Assembly (NCBI GenBank): GCA_020536535.1
Contig: JAHLWZ010000666.1
Location: 40,340 to 104,339 of the forward strand
DNA from: Pelomyxa schiedti
Taxonomy: Eukaryota > Protista > Evosea
DNA length: 64,000 nt
Reading direction: 5' to 3'
Position 1 is the first letter of the stretch; each line of letters opens with the position of its first letter. Of this stretch, positions 35,836 to 52,207 are shown piece by piece. A model generated the notes under the pieces. The model was not told the DNA's origin. It was given only the letters and a program-made list of their open reading frames with translations, and made no database searches. Position numbers and translations under genes: made by a program.

Positions 35836-36868
35836 ATGGACTACGACGAACAAGAAGAGCTTCTTGTCAAAGGTAATTAGGTTCCCTGCCTGTCATTTCT
35901 ATGTGTACACACTTCAGGTGGGACTAATAATTTTTTTCCAAAAATCAGTGGTTGTTCTGGGCGATAGTGGCGTTGGCAAGAGCGGTTTGTTGATGCGATT
36001 CACAAAGTACTTTTTCTTAATCTCCTTAAGTAGTATTATTGCTCACTTAGAGATGCTGTAGGAATGAATTCAGCTTACACTTAGACATGACTGTTGGTGT
36101 TGAGTTCGAAACCAAAACCATCATGCTCGATGGAAAAGCAGTGAAACTCCAAATTTGGGACACTGGTTAGTATTTAGTATTACACTTTGTGATTGGGAAA
36201 TCTCATTTTATTTGGATCCAAAGCTGGGCAGGAGAGATATCGCTCTATCACTTCGGTTTATTATAGAGGGACTGCTGCGGCAATATTAGGTGTGCTTCCA
36301 GTAACTGGTGGGATATCACTTATTACAATATAGTGTATGATATCACAAAAAGACAGACATTCACAAATATTGTAAAGTGGCTTCATGATATCCGGTTGGT
36401 ACACAACTTCTTCAACCCTTCACCCAACAAATACCAAAAGGACAAACGCCGAAAAGGAAATTGTTGTTATGCTATTAGGGAATAAGACTGATTTGGTGGA
36501 CTGTCGTGAGGTCACTACTGAAGAGGCGCAGGCATACGCCTATACCAACAACCTGTTGTTTTTCGAAACATCCGGTAAAAGATCCTCAACATAAGATGGT
36601 CTGATAAAGATAAAAGCCCTCAGTGATATAAATGTCAACACGGCTTTCACCGAACTTCTCAAAGGTACTGCTTCTAAATACAACACACTCCCAAATCAAC
36701 TTAACAACCAAACAAACAAAACCAGAACACTTAACCCAACAAGAGCAGCGTCCACAGCCCCTCATCACCTCCCCATCAAACCGCATAATTCTTTCTGAAA
36801 ACTACCTTCCCAGCCTTTCTGCTGCCCCAGAACCCCCACCCCCACCCAAACGCACTTGTGGTTGTTAA
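35836..36868 (+). CDS. Rab GTPase (Rab11-like), multi-exon
   Basis: [45 protein letters not shown]-terminal CGC prenylation motif. Confidence 0.95.
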
Positions 36869-37032
36869 ATGTCTGCTATCCACTGCACTACACTCCCCAC
36901 TTCTCCACCCCACACCATCTCGTTTTGTATTTCAACCTAATAATCAATCTATCTTCCCGTAAACCCAGAAAACTAGGAAAAAAACCACAAAACAAAGTTG
37001 GGGCCGTATAGCCACACACAATTACACTCAAA

Positions 37033-38033
37033 ATGTCGTTGCAAAAGGAGGGGTACTTGTACAAACCAGGGAAACACAACCACAGCCTTCTTAAGAAACG
37101 TTTTTACATGATTCAGCGCAATTTGCTACTGCGCATGGACAGTGCTCCAACGTCGGTATGATTTGTCACTCACTCCTCCCATAATCGCGTGTTGGTGTGA
37201 AAACGATTGGTTTTATGTTTTTCCAGCGAAAAAACCCTCGGCATTCTAAAAGTAATGAATTAATTTAGGTTTCTAGGTCTACATTGAAACCAAAAGAATC
37301 CATTTCCCTGTCATTGTGCACAGTGTCAAGAACACACATATCACCACTTAGTCCGTTTGGCATTATTCTACATACACTTGACGGGAACATATATGAACTA
37401 TTTGCAAAGGATGAGGAGGAAGTGACCGGGTGGGTTCAAGCACTTCAGGCTGCCGCTGGTGTTGCAAAAACTGGCAGTGCCTCTGCTAGTATACCCCTCA
37501 TTTACCTTTGAATGCCTTCTCATTCAACTCAGAATTGGGACCTCGTGTGTACTCAGAGAAGATGACACCGCCAGCTTCCTCGAGTAATAATAGCTCACCT
37601 TCCCTAACTACTTCAAACCCCCTACAACCTTCAGGTTTACACTTTCCAGTTGTGTATTTTCTTAATTTTCCCTATAGTCCAACCACGATATTACGAACTT
37701 CACCAAGACGCTCGCCAATCCGCACCACAAGTAACTCAGTACGCTCAGTATAGCTCGCAACTTCCCTACACACCACAACCGTACACAGCACAGCCGTACC
37801 CACCGCAGCCCCCCATACAGTATTCTCCACAGCCACCCCAGTATGCACTTCCACCTCAACAGTATTACACTCAGCCATACATTCCCCAGCCGCAACCACA
37901 AGTATATATACCACAACCAGCTTACACTCCTCAATACCCGCCATGCGAAACAACCTCTCAACCTGCTTTCATAATTCCCAAGTTTTCAGCCATTTCCGCT
38001 CTTACTGGATCCACTCCTTCACAGAGGAGCTGA
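37033..38033 (+). CDS. PH-domain protein with Pro/Gln/Tyr-rich tail
   Basis: KEGYLYKPG...KKRFYMI...YELFAKDEEEVTGWVQALQ is a PH signature. Confidence 0.85.
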
Positions 38034-38136
38034 GTCAAGAAATGATTGTTACTGTGAAACAAAGCCGTGTATATCATCCACAATAAAAAATAAAACAAAT
38101 TTGTTAGATGTATGTGGTTGGATGGGATTTGCTTCT

Positions 38137-40376
38137 TCAGGATTTCTTTGGTTTTGGTGGTGGAATTATCGTGATGTCATCCTTCTTATCCTCATGCACA
38201 AAGTGTATGTTGGTTGTGGAGTCTGGCATAATTTCCAAGTAAGTGTAGGGTGGATTCCTGACCCAGCTCCCGCTGTTGACATAGTTGTATCCATTCATCT
38301 CTTTGTACAGGTACCTGTGTGTATGACCCAGAACGACGAGTTGGTTGTTGCTGGAGAGTACACCTTCTGCAACGTTTTCTTGGCTGTGCATTATGGTCAC
38401 AAGAGGATCAGGTTGTTCCAATACACCAGAGCTGAGTAGTTCTTCAGCCTCAGCCTTTCTCGTAACACTCATCACACCACGCGTGGGTTTCGCGGTGTGC
38501 TTGGCAAAGCGGAGGGCACCCCAGGTGACAAACCTATCCAATACACATTTGTGGGGTACAAGCGGCCTTTTCTGTGGAGCAATCACAGGTGGTGCGGTGG
38601 GGCTGGTTGAAGTTTGCGCTGGTGTATCACAGGAACCAGTTGCAGCCATGCACCCTTCAAAAGCTACCAGTATATCCTGCAAAGTAACTTCAACAATCTT
38701 CCCTGTGCCATTAGCTGGGAACTGCACGGGAACAGACAAATCGGGTTCATCAGGATCAAGCCTCAGATCGCCAGCCACAGAGATAGCTAGGAAAACCCAG
38801 AGAAGCCACAGATTTTGCTTCAAAGCTTTTTATATGAGTGAGTGTATTTCAGTGGGGGTTAGTTACACACCTCTAGTGGGATCAGTGGCAGCCACACCCA
38901 ATTCCGAAACTTGCATTGACGAAGCAATTTGTTTCCATGCCCACCGTCCAAAGAGGAAATTAATTGCGTTTTTCTGTACGCTAGTAAGTCCATCAACCGG
39001 GTTGCGGGAAGCAAATCGAGCAACGAAATAACCAACAGGTAGAGGAGTCTGAAGAATAGTGAAAAATACGAAAGGTACATAGAAAAGAGCACTTACAATT
39101 AACTGGCTGATGGGGGATGAAATAGAGGGGTAGTAAGCACGGTTGAAAATATCTGATTGGTGTCCATGTGCAGCTCGTACCCGTCCAAGAAGTACTTCGC
39201 CAGATGGCAGTTCCTCTTCACTGAACCACATGGTATCTTCTCCATTAACATATTCGATTTCATCTGATAGTGTGTGATGAACTTGATCCTCAAGGACTTG
39301 TTGGTCATGGTTCTGATAGGAAGTGTTAGAGGCATGGAGGTAGTTCAGAGCTCGAACATACTCCAGCAATGTATACAACGTGAATGCCGGCTCTAATTAA
39401 ACCCCGAATGGCAGCTTTTATACTGGAAACGGAGTCTTTTGCCCAAATTTGATCAAAGGTGGGAGGTGGCTCATCTGGATCGTGGACCCACAAATCAACT
39501 GTGATCTCAGTAAGTACAAACGAGAAAAGAAATTAGATGATGGCAACCAATATCCCCATTGAAAACAACACAGCTTATAGGAAGGCGGTCAGTGCGAACA
39601 AGATTCTCTTCGGCAATGCTTCTTAAGGTTTTTACAAACATTCTTGTCCCAGTCTAAGGATGTGAATTCAGAAGAAGGAAAGATTTTAGAATAATTGCCT
39701 CAGTGAGCCATGGGAATTGACCAGTTGTGCCTATGTGTATGTCCGACATCAAGATGATTCTGCTGTTATGTGGTATCTTTGAAGTCCGCCTAATAGTTGA
39801 TTGCGGTACGGAGCTGGAGGTGCTTGTCACAGGTGTGGATGTTGCTTTTACGGTGGAGGCCGAAGTCGAAGTGGACGAAGAAGTAGAAGTAGAAGTAGGA
39901 GTTAAAGTAGATGCTGCTGTAGGTCTGGGTGCAGGTGATGAAGGCGGTTTGTCCATGCTACTACTTGCAGCTGTACTAGCTGGTAGAGATGCAGCTGGTA
40001 CAGTGGCAACACAGTCATTGGGTACTTTTCCTACACACTTACGGTGCACAGAGTAGTCTTTGCAGTCTATATATTTAAAAGTCAATCCACGAAATTAGGA
40101 AGAAACCCAAATCAAGTCAAAACAAAACAAAATATATTTTGATAGTATCAATTTATAATTTTGGGGTTTAAATTTTGTAACCAAATATACGTAGGTTTTC
40201 ATACCGTAACACCAATACCCTTGGTGGTACATGCCCCATATCATTCCTCTGAAACCAACATCAGAAATAAAACTAAAAGCGAACGAGTAGCCGGAAACTA
40301 ACCCACAGAAATTGCACCATGTTGGCTTGTGGAAAGTTGCAATTTGAAGGTTATGTGGTTTGGATGGAAAGCTCAT
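38137..40376 (-). CDS. C1 (DAG/phorbol-binding) zinc finger fused to an LpxH/YbbF-like calcineurin-type metallophosphoesterase
   Basis: HNLQIATFHKPTWCNFCG/GMIWG...QGYWC..DC...VHRKC...VPNDC; then SDIH, NGDI/FDLW, YIAG/NHD (split by an intron), AHGHQSD, GHTH, YVNSGSW. Confidence 0.88.
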
Positions 40377-40618
40377 TTCTAATCTCCGTTTATTTCCCTA
40401 CCAGCAACAACCGTCGGTTTCTCCCTTGATTTTATTTTGTTTTTTGTGGGCCGAGCGTAGGCGTTTTCTTCTACGACGTTGTCCCAAGTTTGTTTTCAGA
40501 AAAATCAACGTCAAATTGATGATGGAGAAAACCTCGGAAGAATCTTTCAACACCAGTACTTTTAATTTTGTTTGTTTTCTGAATTACATGTAACAGGGGA
40601 GGGTGGGTATAGTTTATT

Positions 40619-43908
<3,290 letters not shown>

Positions 43909-44226
43909 CTCTCCTCTACTTGGTTGATTTTTTTCCTGATTATTAAAACCAAGCCATATTTTTTTCTCCCCCTTTGCTTTGATCGCTCAGTGTCGGGGTG
44001 AGTAGATTGAGAAGTTGCGCTCCAGGGTTATTTTTACCTTTCGCCTCTTCACAGTTGCACTTCATATCACGCTTGGGCCAAAATAGCGCCACCCGTATCT
44101 TGTGCGCAAATTCCGCCTGCGCCGAAATAGAAGCAGGGATTTATAAGGGTTATTTTTGCCCTGTTCGTTTTTTATTCTGGCAGAAAATCAAAAACCCCCG
44201 CAAGCAAAATTACAGAACGGACCGAC

Positions 44227-45792
44227 GATGAGTTGCTCACAACGTGATACACTCGAGGGCGCTGAGATCCGCAGAAAAACACATCGTCGACGTACAGAAA
44301 GGCAAGATCGAACTAAGATCCGTAAAACCGAGCTCACAGACGACGTCGCGCTGGCGCCGACGACCAACCTCGCGATGAAACTTGAGCAGCCCTCTCCCAT
44401 AACTGTATCATCCTCTACCTCGACTGTTTCCGCGTCCCCAGCTGTCGAGCCGACCAACTTCGTTTTCCCGAGCGCCCCTTCATTTGAATTTTCTGCCCCT
44501 CTGAGTGTTCCCAGTGGCTCTCCCGAATTCGAATCCGCCGCGCCTGCTGTGACTCCGCCCGCTGCGTATCCCACTCATGGGAAACATTCTCGCCGTAACC
44601 GAAGCAAACCAGCCAAAGCAGCCGCGAAAGAATGGCAGCGAGTTGCAGCGAAAACGACGCCGCCGAAATCGTTCAACTTTCTGCAGGACGTGAGCAACAA
44701 ACATTGGGATTTCCTTGGCAATTTGTCGTGTGCTGAATTCGTAGTGTTGCTGAAGAAGGCTTATAAGGAGAAGCGCTTGTCTGCTTCAGATACTTCTGAC
44801 AATTTTGAATGTACTGTGAAGAGCAGGCGCCATTCCTCCAGTAAAAGCAGGTAATTCGAGTGATACATTTCTAACAATTATTATATTTATTATTATGGCA
44901 CACGTACTTACTTTTTTGTAGTTCGCACAACTTCTACCACAAAGATAAGTTTTACCTATCTGGACAAGCAAACTTCGCTAAACAAGAACCACTTTCTCCT
45001 GCCCCTGTTGTGGCCTGCCCTGTAGAGGACGCAGTTACTGTTCCTAACCCCCCGACACCGCGGCTCCACCCTCTCCCTGAGGAACCCACCCTTCCGTCAT
45101 TAGACATATCAGCTACTCTGGAGCAGGTCTCGTCACTTGGCAACAGTCCAACCCCAGTTCATAATGCTGTTAGTCCACTGGCACCATCGTTACATATTGA
45201 GCCTTCAGTGGAATTCCAGTTGGTTTCTCCGCTGATGAGCGCCAGCTGTCCTACTTTTGTGCCCCCTGTGCAATCTGTTTCCAATCCCCCTGCCATTCAT
45301 CCTTCTCCTTCCGTGTCTCCGGGATGTCCCACCCCGGTACCTTCTCCGGCTTCACCACTCTCTCAAGGTTGCATCCCTGCATCCCATCAGACTATCCCAT
45401 TGCTCAGGGGCGGAATTGCTGTCTATGACCCACACATAACAATCGCTCCTATCTTCGGTGGCTCTTTTTTGACCGCGTGTGACCCTTTATCCCAGTATGC
45501 TTACCAGCCAACTGTGAGTGATCAGCACGACCGTACTCTCTCTTATCTCCTTGATGAGAATTCAAGCCAAGTCCTCCCATTTGACTCTTATGTGGAAGAC
45601 CTCACTGCACCCTTCCCTTGCCCAGTATTCCAGCCCCCATTTAGTCACGTTGAAAGTCTATACTCCGCCCTTTACGAGAGCGTTCAGGAAGCAAAGAATT
45701 ACTCTCTACCCGCGAACCAAAATTCCGGGTCTCAAGCAGTGTCTGACTCTTTGATGAGCACTCTTCTTTACATCAAGGTAGAGCACCCATAA
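44227..45792 (+). CDS. Uncharacterised Pro/Ser-rich protein (spliced; 3' end may extend to about 45911)
   Basis: Two long plus-strand ORFs, 44156-44854 and 45010-45792, separated by intron-like AT-rich sequence. Confidence 0.55.
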
Positions 45793-46114
45793 TTTTTCTT
45801 TTCCACCGCGATCCTAAATCTCTATTCAGTGTGCGGCCTATAGTGCACGAGACAATGGAATGGTGCCCGAATGGGAACTCTCCAAGTTTGACCAGTTGTT
45901 GGACTGTGTGATTCAAATTGAAAGGGCACTTCTGGCCAACAATGTGATGTTCGTCCTACAGCTGGAACTTCCAACACACTTGGGCTAAAAACTGTGTTTG
46001 TACCACTAGCTTGCTAGCAGTATCCTCAGTTGTGAAAGAGGAAAGAAATAAAAAAGCTTTTTTCTTTCGAAAGTTGAATTTTATTTGTTATTAAAGCCTC
46101 CAATAGTGTATTAT

Positions 46115-47597
46115 TTACCACATAGAGTCTTGCTCGTGGAATTCAGGGAGTGTCCAGTCTAACTTTGCTGTGGATATTACCGTCTCAAGGGGCACAATGT
46201 AGTCATTGAGGTCGTAAATGGAGGAGCTTGAGGAGTCCGAATCCTCGGCTCCGGTTCCTGTTTGTTGCCACTCGTTGCCGTCTTTGTCGGTGCGGTGGTT
46301 GAACAGGAATGCCAGGAGTTCGAGGTGGCCACTATCCTCGCGGATGATGACTTTCCAGAACATGTCCGGAACCCAGACGGCGAATTCATTGCCTGTGCCC
46401 ATTGTCTCCACATCGGCTGAGGTTCGCTCGAATGCCGGGCCAGCAATCACCCAGATTTTGCCGAATGTATCGGCCCATTTGCTGCATTTCTGCTCCAGCA
46501 TCAACCATATTCCGGCATTGAATACTTGGGTTTGAGGGCAAGCATTCATCATGTTGTGGGTCTCTTTTCCAGCAGTTTCACTGATGCGGTCTGCATGCTT
46601 TTTCATGCACATGTGACCTCTGGTTTCCGGCCTAACGTTAGGGTTATTTCAAGAAATCCAAGGCTTTTTTAAAAACAGTAACATACATCTTTCCCTTGTA
46701 GGATTTGTCATCAGGGGCCTCATGATTGTCAAACAAGCCCTTATCTGTTGCCCATTTTGGCCTTTGGTATTTCGGGAAGACGTAGTTCGAAGACACGGCC
46801 TTTATTTCATAGCTGACCCAGGTGGGTACTCCCATAAGGTCGCTTATCCCGTCGCCGTCGTCGTCATCCGGCCCATCAAAGCAAGAAGTGTAGGCAGTGA
46901 AGTTCCGAATGTAGTCGTCGCCAGCCTTTGGAGCATACTTTGCATGCGAGTACCCTGAGTCAGCAACAACTGCGCCGGTTTTCGGCTTGGGCTTGGGCTT
47001 GGACTTTGCCGACACTGGGTCGTCGGCCTCGGCGACGGCCTCGGGTAGGGCCTTCAGGGGCCCCAGAGAATCTGAAGCAGCGAGTGCCGAAGCACTAGCA
47101 GCAGTCGCGGAAGTAGACGAAGAAGAAGGGGTAGGAGTCCCGGAAGGGACGGTTAGTGACACCTTCAGAAGGAGGAAAGCGGGGGGCATGGAGGGCCGCT
47201 TGAGGGGCAGCTCCAGGTCGTAGTCCCCAGGTAAGGAGTTGGTTAGGGACAACTTGAGGCGCCACTGGGGCGCGGAGGAGGGGGACTCGGCGGCGTCGCC
47301 TGGCCAGACCTCGAGGAGCACGCGGCAGCGCGAGTGCGTCTCGTGCTCGAACTCGGCGGCGGGCGGCGGCGACGGCTGCGGCTGCCCGTGGGCGACGTGG
47401 ACGAGGCGGCGCGAGAGCTCGACCACCGCTGCTGGAGGTGTAAGAGCCGCGGCGGAAGATGAAGACGAAGTGGACTCGGGTGGCGGGATTATGGGTCGCC
47501 GGGGCACGTACTGGGTCACACAACGAATAACGAGGCCTGTGGACGTGGTGACATCACCGGACTTTACTCCCACCACCTCGACGCGAACTATACCCAT
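46115..47597 (-). CDS. DNA/RNA non-specific endonuclease (NucA/EndoG His-Me finger family) with N-terminal extension; one intron
   Basis: PTWVSYE, ETRGHM, HNMMNACPQ..VFNAGIWLMLE, IWVIAGP, VPDMFWKVII. Confidence 0.92.
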
Positions 47598-47826
47598 CGG
47601 CGCAGGCTTTTGTTTTGTTTTTCCTTTTGCTTTGGTTTTGCCCTTTCGTCGTTGACTTCGTTCGAACGGTTTTCTTACTGGAAATTACCTGGAACGTTTC
47701 GGTGCAGCCGTTTTTTTTTTATTCGTAGTGCTCAATACATTCGGTCGACAATGGTGTTGATGATGGCGACATCCAGTGTGACATTGGCGGAATTGACCCA
47801 TTGAAAGAGCACGCAAGTTCAAAAAA

Positions 47827-49803
47827 ATGCAAAAATTGAAGAGGGTGACGCGACAAAAACTTTATTTCCTCAAATAAAAAAGCGAGGGGGCACTTTTTTA
47901 CTCGCCACGTCCTTTTGTGCCAGATCTGCGTCGTTGGTCTCGTCATGGCTGCATTCGGTCACATAGATCTTCGTATGTTGACGAAGAAAAACGACCACGT
48001 TGTATGAGGTCTTTTTTTCCCTTTGTTGTGAGGTTGAGACGTGATAGGCTCAACTGCAAGAGTTGTATGGAGAAGCATGCAAACGGTTTTCTGTTAACCC
48101 AGACATTGCAGTGCACATATGTTTGCAAACCGGTTCCGAGTTCTTCAGATCAACCAGGCGTTACACTGACAGTGACCTTTTGCCACTCTGTGTGCTTGTT
48201 CAGAAAATGCAAGAAATTGTGAGATTCTTGGTGCTTGTTACTTTCTCAAACCTAGCAGAACAATCCTTGCAGTCCTTCCTTCAAAGGATTGAGCTTTAAG
48301 AATGGAGATATATCATCCAATGGGGCTCTTCTTCTTGCAAATGTATTGGCGACTGATAAACAGATAAAGTAGACAATAGATTGCATTTTGTTTCTCCCAC
48401 TGGATCTCACAGGAAAACAAAAGGTTACTTGACCTTTCAGAAAATAAGATAGGCACAAGAGGTTTTATAGCCCTAGCAGATGGTACCTTCACTACCTCAC
48501 GAAAAAAGAGTAAACCATTTTAGCCCTCCGTGAAAACACCACGCTCCTTCACCTTGACATGCATAGTAACAAATGTGGCTTTTATGGGGCTCAATATTTA
48601 GCACGGGCACTCGAGAGCTCTGCTCACTGTCTTGTTGATTTAAATATGGCCGATACTAGTATTGGCTTTGAAGGTGTTAGGTATCATAAGTGAACACTTC
48701 AGATTTCACACTTATATGGCGCAGACTTATGAGTGCTGCAGTGAAAGTCTTCAATGATGGAGTTAAAAAGCTAAACCATAATAAGACCACAATTAAGAAG
48801 AACTATCTTAACGTCAACTTGCTTACTAATTTTGTCCGTGAGGAGGTTTGTATCTATTACATGTTCTCTTCTCGCTTTTTATGAAAAAAAAAAAAACAGG
48901 TGTTGAATAGTATAACACATGGACTTGGCCTAATTTTGTCCATAATTGGGACTATAATACTTCTGGTGTCTTACTCCGATCAGGTGAACTCACTGTACGG
49001 TTTTGCTGGAGGCATATTCTGTTTCTCTATGATCGCCGTGTATTTGAACTCGTTTTGCTACCACACCTTTTTCAAGTTCCCTCTGGTGAAAAAGGTTGAC
49101 TGTATTCCTTTCAGCACTTTTTAACGGCTTTCAGTTGTTCCATCGTTTAGATAAACTGTCAATCTATTTTTTGATAGCAGGAACATATACACCTTATTCC
49201 CTTATTGCATTGCATGGCAATGTGAATTTCCTCTCCCAGACCAAGATCTTACATGCTGCAGGTTGGATGGGCCTTATGTGGATTTGTCTGGGCTCTTGCT
49301 GTAATTGGAGTGTACCTTGACTTTGCTTATTGGGGACAGTATACTCCCCCTCTTTTGTTTTATCTCCTTTTCATACCCGCAGGTTTGACAATATAAAGCT
49401 GGTCCTGTATGTAAGTATGTGAAATTAAATATTAAATCTCGCTATTTACTCTTGTTCTGCAGCTATGGGATGGTCAGCCGTAACAGTTGTCGTCCCTGTC
49501 ATTACGCACCCGACTTTACCATTATCCATGTTTGGTGCTTTATTCCTACTTCTGGGTGGAATCAGTTACACCGGGGGTGTCTATTTCTTCGTTAAGGATT
49601 CCGAGATTCCGGTATTTCTTTCCCACACTCCACCCACTTGCTTCTCTCCAACACCACTCACAACAAACCATTAGTTGTATCACAGCTACTGGCACGTCTT
49701 TGTTGTCCTAGGGACAGTCTGTCACTGGCTATCCATTTACTACTCCGTTATGACCATACCCACTGATGGACCCAGATACGACCACTTCATTTTCAGTCCA
49801 TAA
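47827..49803 (+). CDS. RNI-like leucine-rich repeats fused to a hemolysin III/PAQR seven-TM domain
   Basis: ISSNGALLLANVL, LRENTTLLHLDMHSNKCGFYGAQYLARAL; then REE/VLNSITHG, SFCYH, LDKLSIYFLIAGTYTP, AMGW, YTGGVYFF, HSYWHVFV. Start codon uncertain. Confidence 0.85.
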
Positions 49804-49983
49804 AAAAAAAACCTCGTCACCCTTGGGTCGGACAAAACAACAGAACACTTCAATTCAGGAGAAGAAATAAAATCTTCATTTTTTTTAAAAAAGCTTTTTC
49901 CAGCTCTCTCTACTGCTGTCGGCTGTGGGTTGAGGGCATAATTAAATTACACACGCCATACATAAAATATCGTCTCCTCGGCA

Positions 49984-51852
49984 CTACACAGCACCAACCT
50001 TCATTGGGTGTGCGTTCTCAATGGCTTCGATGAAGTCAGGAGGGAATATGTTCCTGTCATAGAAGCAGCAGCCGCGCACATCAAGTTCCTGATACACGCT
50101 TTTGGTTATTTTTTCCTCATAGGCAACCATCTCGTCTTGGAATAGTTTCTTGGCAGCCGGCTCAGGCTCAGATGGGAAGTACGGTACTTCCCCGATTGTG
50201 TGTAACAGAGTCTTGCCTGAATCAGCCATTGCCTTTCTGCATACCTCATAACCCCACTGTTCTCTCACAGTGGCCTTGACCCCCATCTAGACAGATAGTT
50301 AATAGAACTGCTGAACACGTGGGGGAAGAGTACCATCTCTGGAGTGGTATAACAGTCGTTGGGAACAATGTTGACTCTATGAGAGTCAAGTAGAAGCTTC
50401 GTGTTGATTCCCAATTGGCTTAGAATTCCAAAAATGTCGTCTATTTGCTTCTGTGATCGTAAAATGAGGAATGCTGCGCCAAGTGTAAGACCACGCAAGA
50501 TGTGCTCAACGGCAATTAGTAGTGCTATTTGTGGATGTGAATAACAGATGACACAGTGATCATGCACTTTAAGACTGTCCTATGTTTGTGGTGAGCTTAA
50601 GACATGGCTGTGAAAGGAAGGTAAACAATTGCGTCTTTTGCCGGAAGTACAGAAGAGTCAAGGCCGCGATACAGGCGTATAGGAGTTTCAGGTATATGAG
50701 CCGCAGTGGGCTAGTTGATGGAGATTAACACTTTTAAAATTTTAGTTATATATCACGAAATAATTCAATATATTCAACTACACACAGTAACAACTGGACG
50801 GGTTGGTCTATGAATCTTTGTAGCCTGTATGGCAACAACACCATCTGGTGTCATTGAAAGAAAACCAGAAGCACTGGAACCAGAAAAATTTACTAGGGTG
50901 CAACCCATGATGCCTAGTACAACTGCTGTTTTTTGGCAAGCGGGAGCAAGCTTCGTTGATGCTTCCCGAATTGCTTCCCTGCGGCACAGCTAAATAGAAC
51001 AGAAATCACGATGGAACGTGTACCACTCTGGCGATCCGATCGTTAGTGTTGCTATCATTTCTGAAAGTTTTCCAAGATCGCTTTGGATAGAAGAGAGGGA
51101 TGTACAGGTCTGGGAGAGTGTTTGTGCTGGTATTTAGGTAAGAAAGAATAAGTTGCTGATTCAAAGGCAGTTACCAAGTTCTTGTTGTGATGGGGCGACT
51201 GGCGGCAAATTTTGTAATTGTCTCGTGTATGCTAACCCCTGTATTATAGAGGTGGTACATCAGTAGAGGTGGATAGGGAACAACGTATACCGTTTCCCAT
51301 CCCACAGGATTGGGACTGCTCCCAACAACAGAAGAAAGGTGCTTAGTAAGAGTTTTGCACATCTTTTATTTGTTGGCGTTTTTTGTTTGGTTAGAGTAGC
51401 TGTTGGTGACTGATCAGAAGTGCCAACCTCCACAGGGTCAACGTTTTCCCCCGGTTCCAATGAATCACAAGAAAAAGTGCCACATGACAATTGGTGACTT
51501 GGTAATGCTGGGTCGGGTGTGCTTTGCAAGATGGCAAACAGTGTGTCCCCATCTACCACGCCCAGAGATTGCAACAAAGTACTTTCCAGAGACCTCAATT
51601 TTCTCCCCTTGTAAACGAATGACGTTTTGGCCTGGGGCCACTTCCGTTCTACACTCACTCTACTCGTCAGGTCTGACAGCGTCGCCTTTGGCTCATTTAA
51701 AAAAAAAGTGCAACCAACAAAAAAAAAAGGGGGGGGGGGGAAATGAATAAACGAAACGACATGCTTCATACATGCTGTGGCAACTCTACATCGAGTGTCT
51801 CCTTCTCCTTAGGAAATCGCACGGACAAATGAAGGCCCGCATGCTCCGTCAT
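49984..51852 (-). CDS. Ubiquitin-like domain, helical middle region and C-terminal MEDS (DcmR-type sensory) domain; multi-exon
   Basis: UBL: LSVRF...TLSDLTSRV...FVYKGRKL...LQSLGVVDGDTLFAI. MEDS: LKVHDHCVICY...HILRGL...HTIGEV...VAYEEKI...GCCFYDRNIFPPDFIEAIENAHP. Joined by a phase-0 intron at 50711-50785. Confidence 0.75.
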
Positions 51853-52207
51853 GCGGGAACGCTAGATCTCGTTTGTTTTTTTGTGCAAAAAGGAGGAACT
51901 TCGGAGGAAGTCGGAAGATCCAGCGACTTATTTGCCATAATCATAATCCCAATAGACGAAGATGCTTAATGCATTTTTTTTCATCACGCCTTTCGAGTAA
52001 CTCTGATCCTCGGGTTTGATATTATTCGCTTTACGCGATGTCAGGGTGGATAGACGAGTTTTCCTTGCGGAGGAGGAATAGAAATTCTGGATCGTTGTGT
52101 TTGGGAATGGTTTTTCTTACAAATCCCTCTACTGGTAATTAGAGTTCAGGTGTTTGTGTATTTATTTGTTGGTGGTGTGATAGGGTTGTGGTTGTTGTTT
52201 GTTATGT

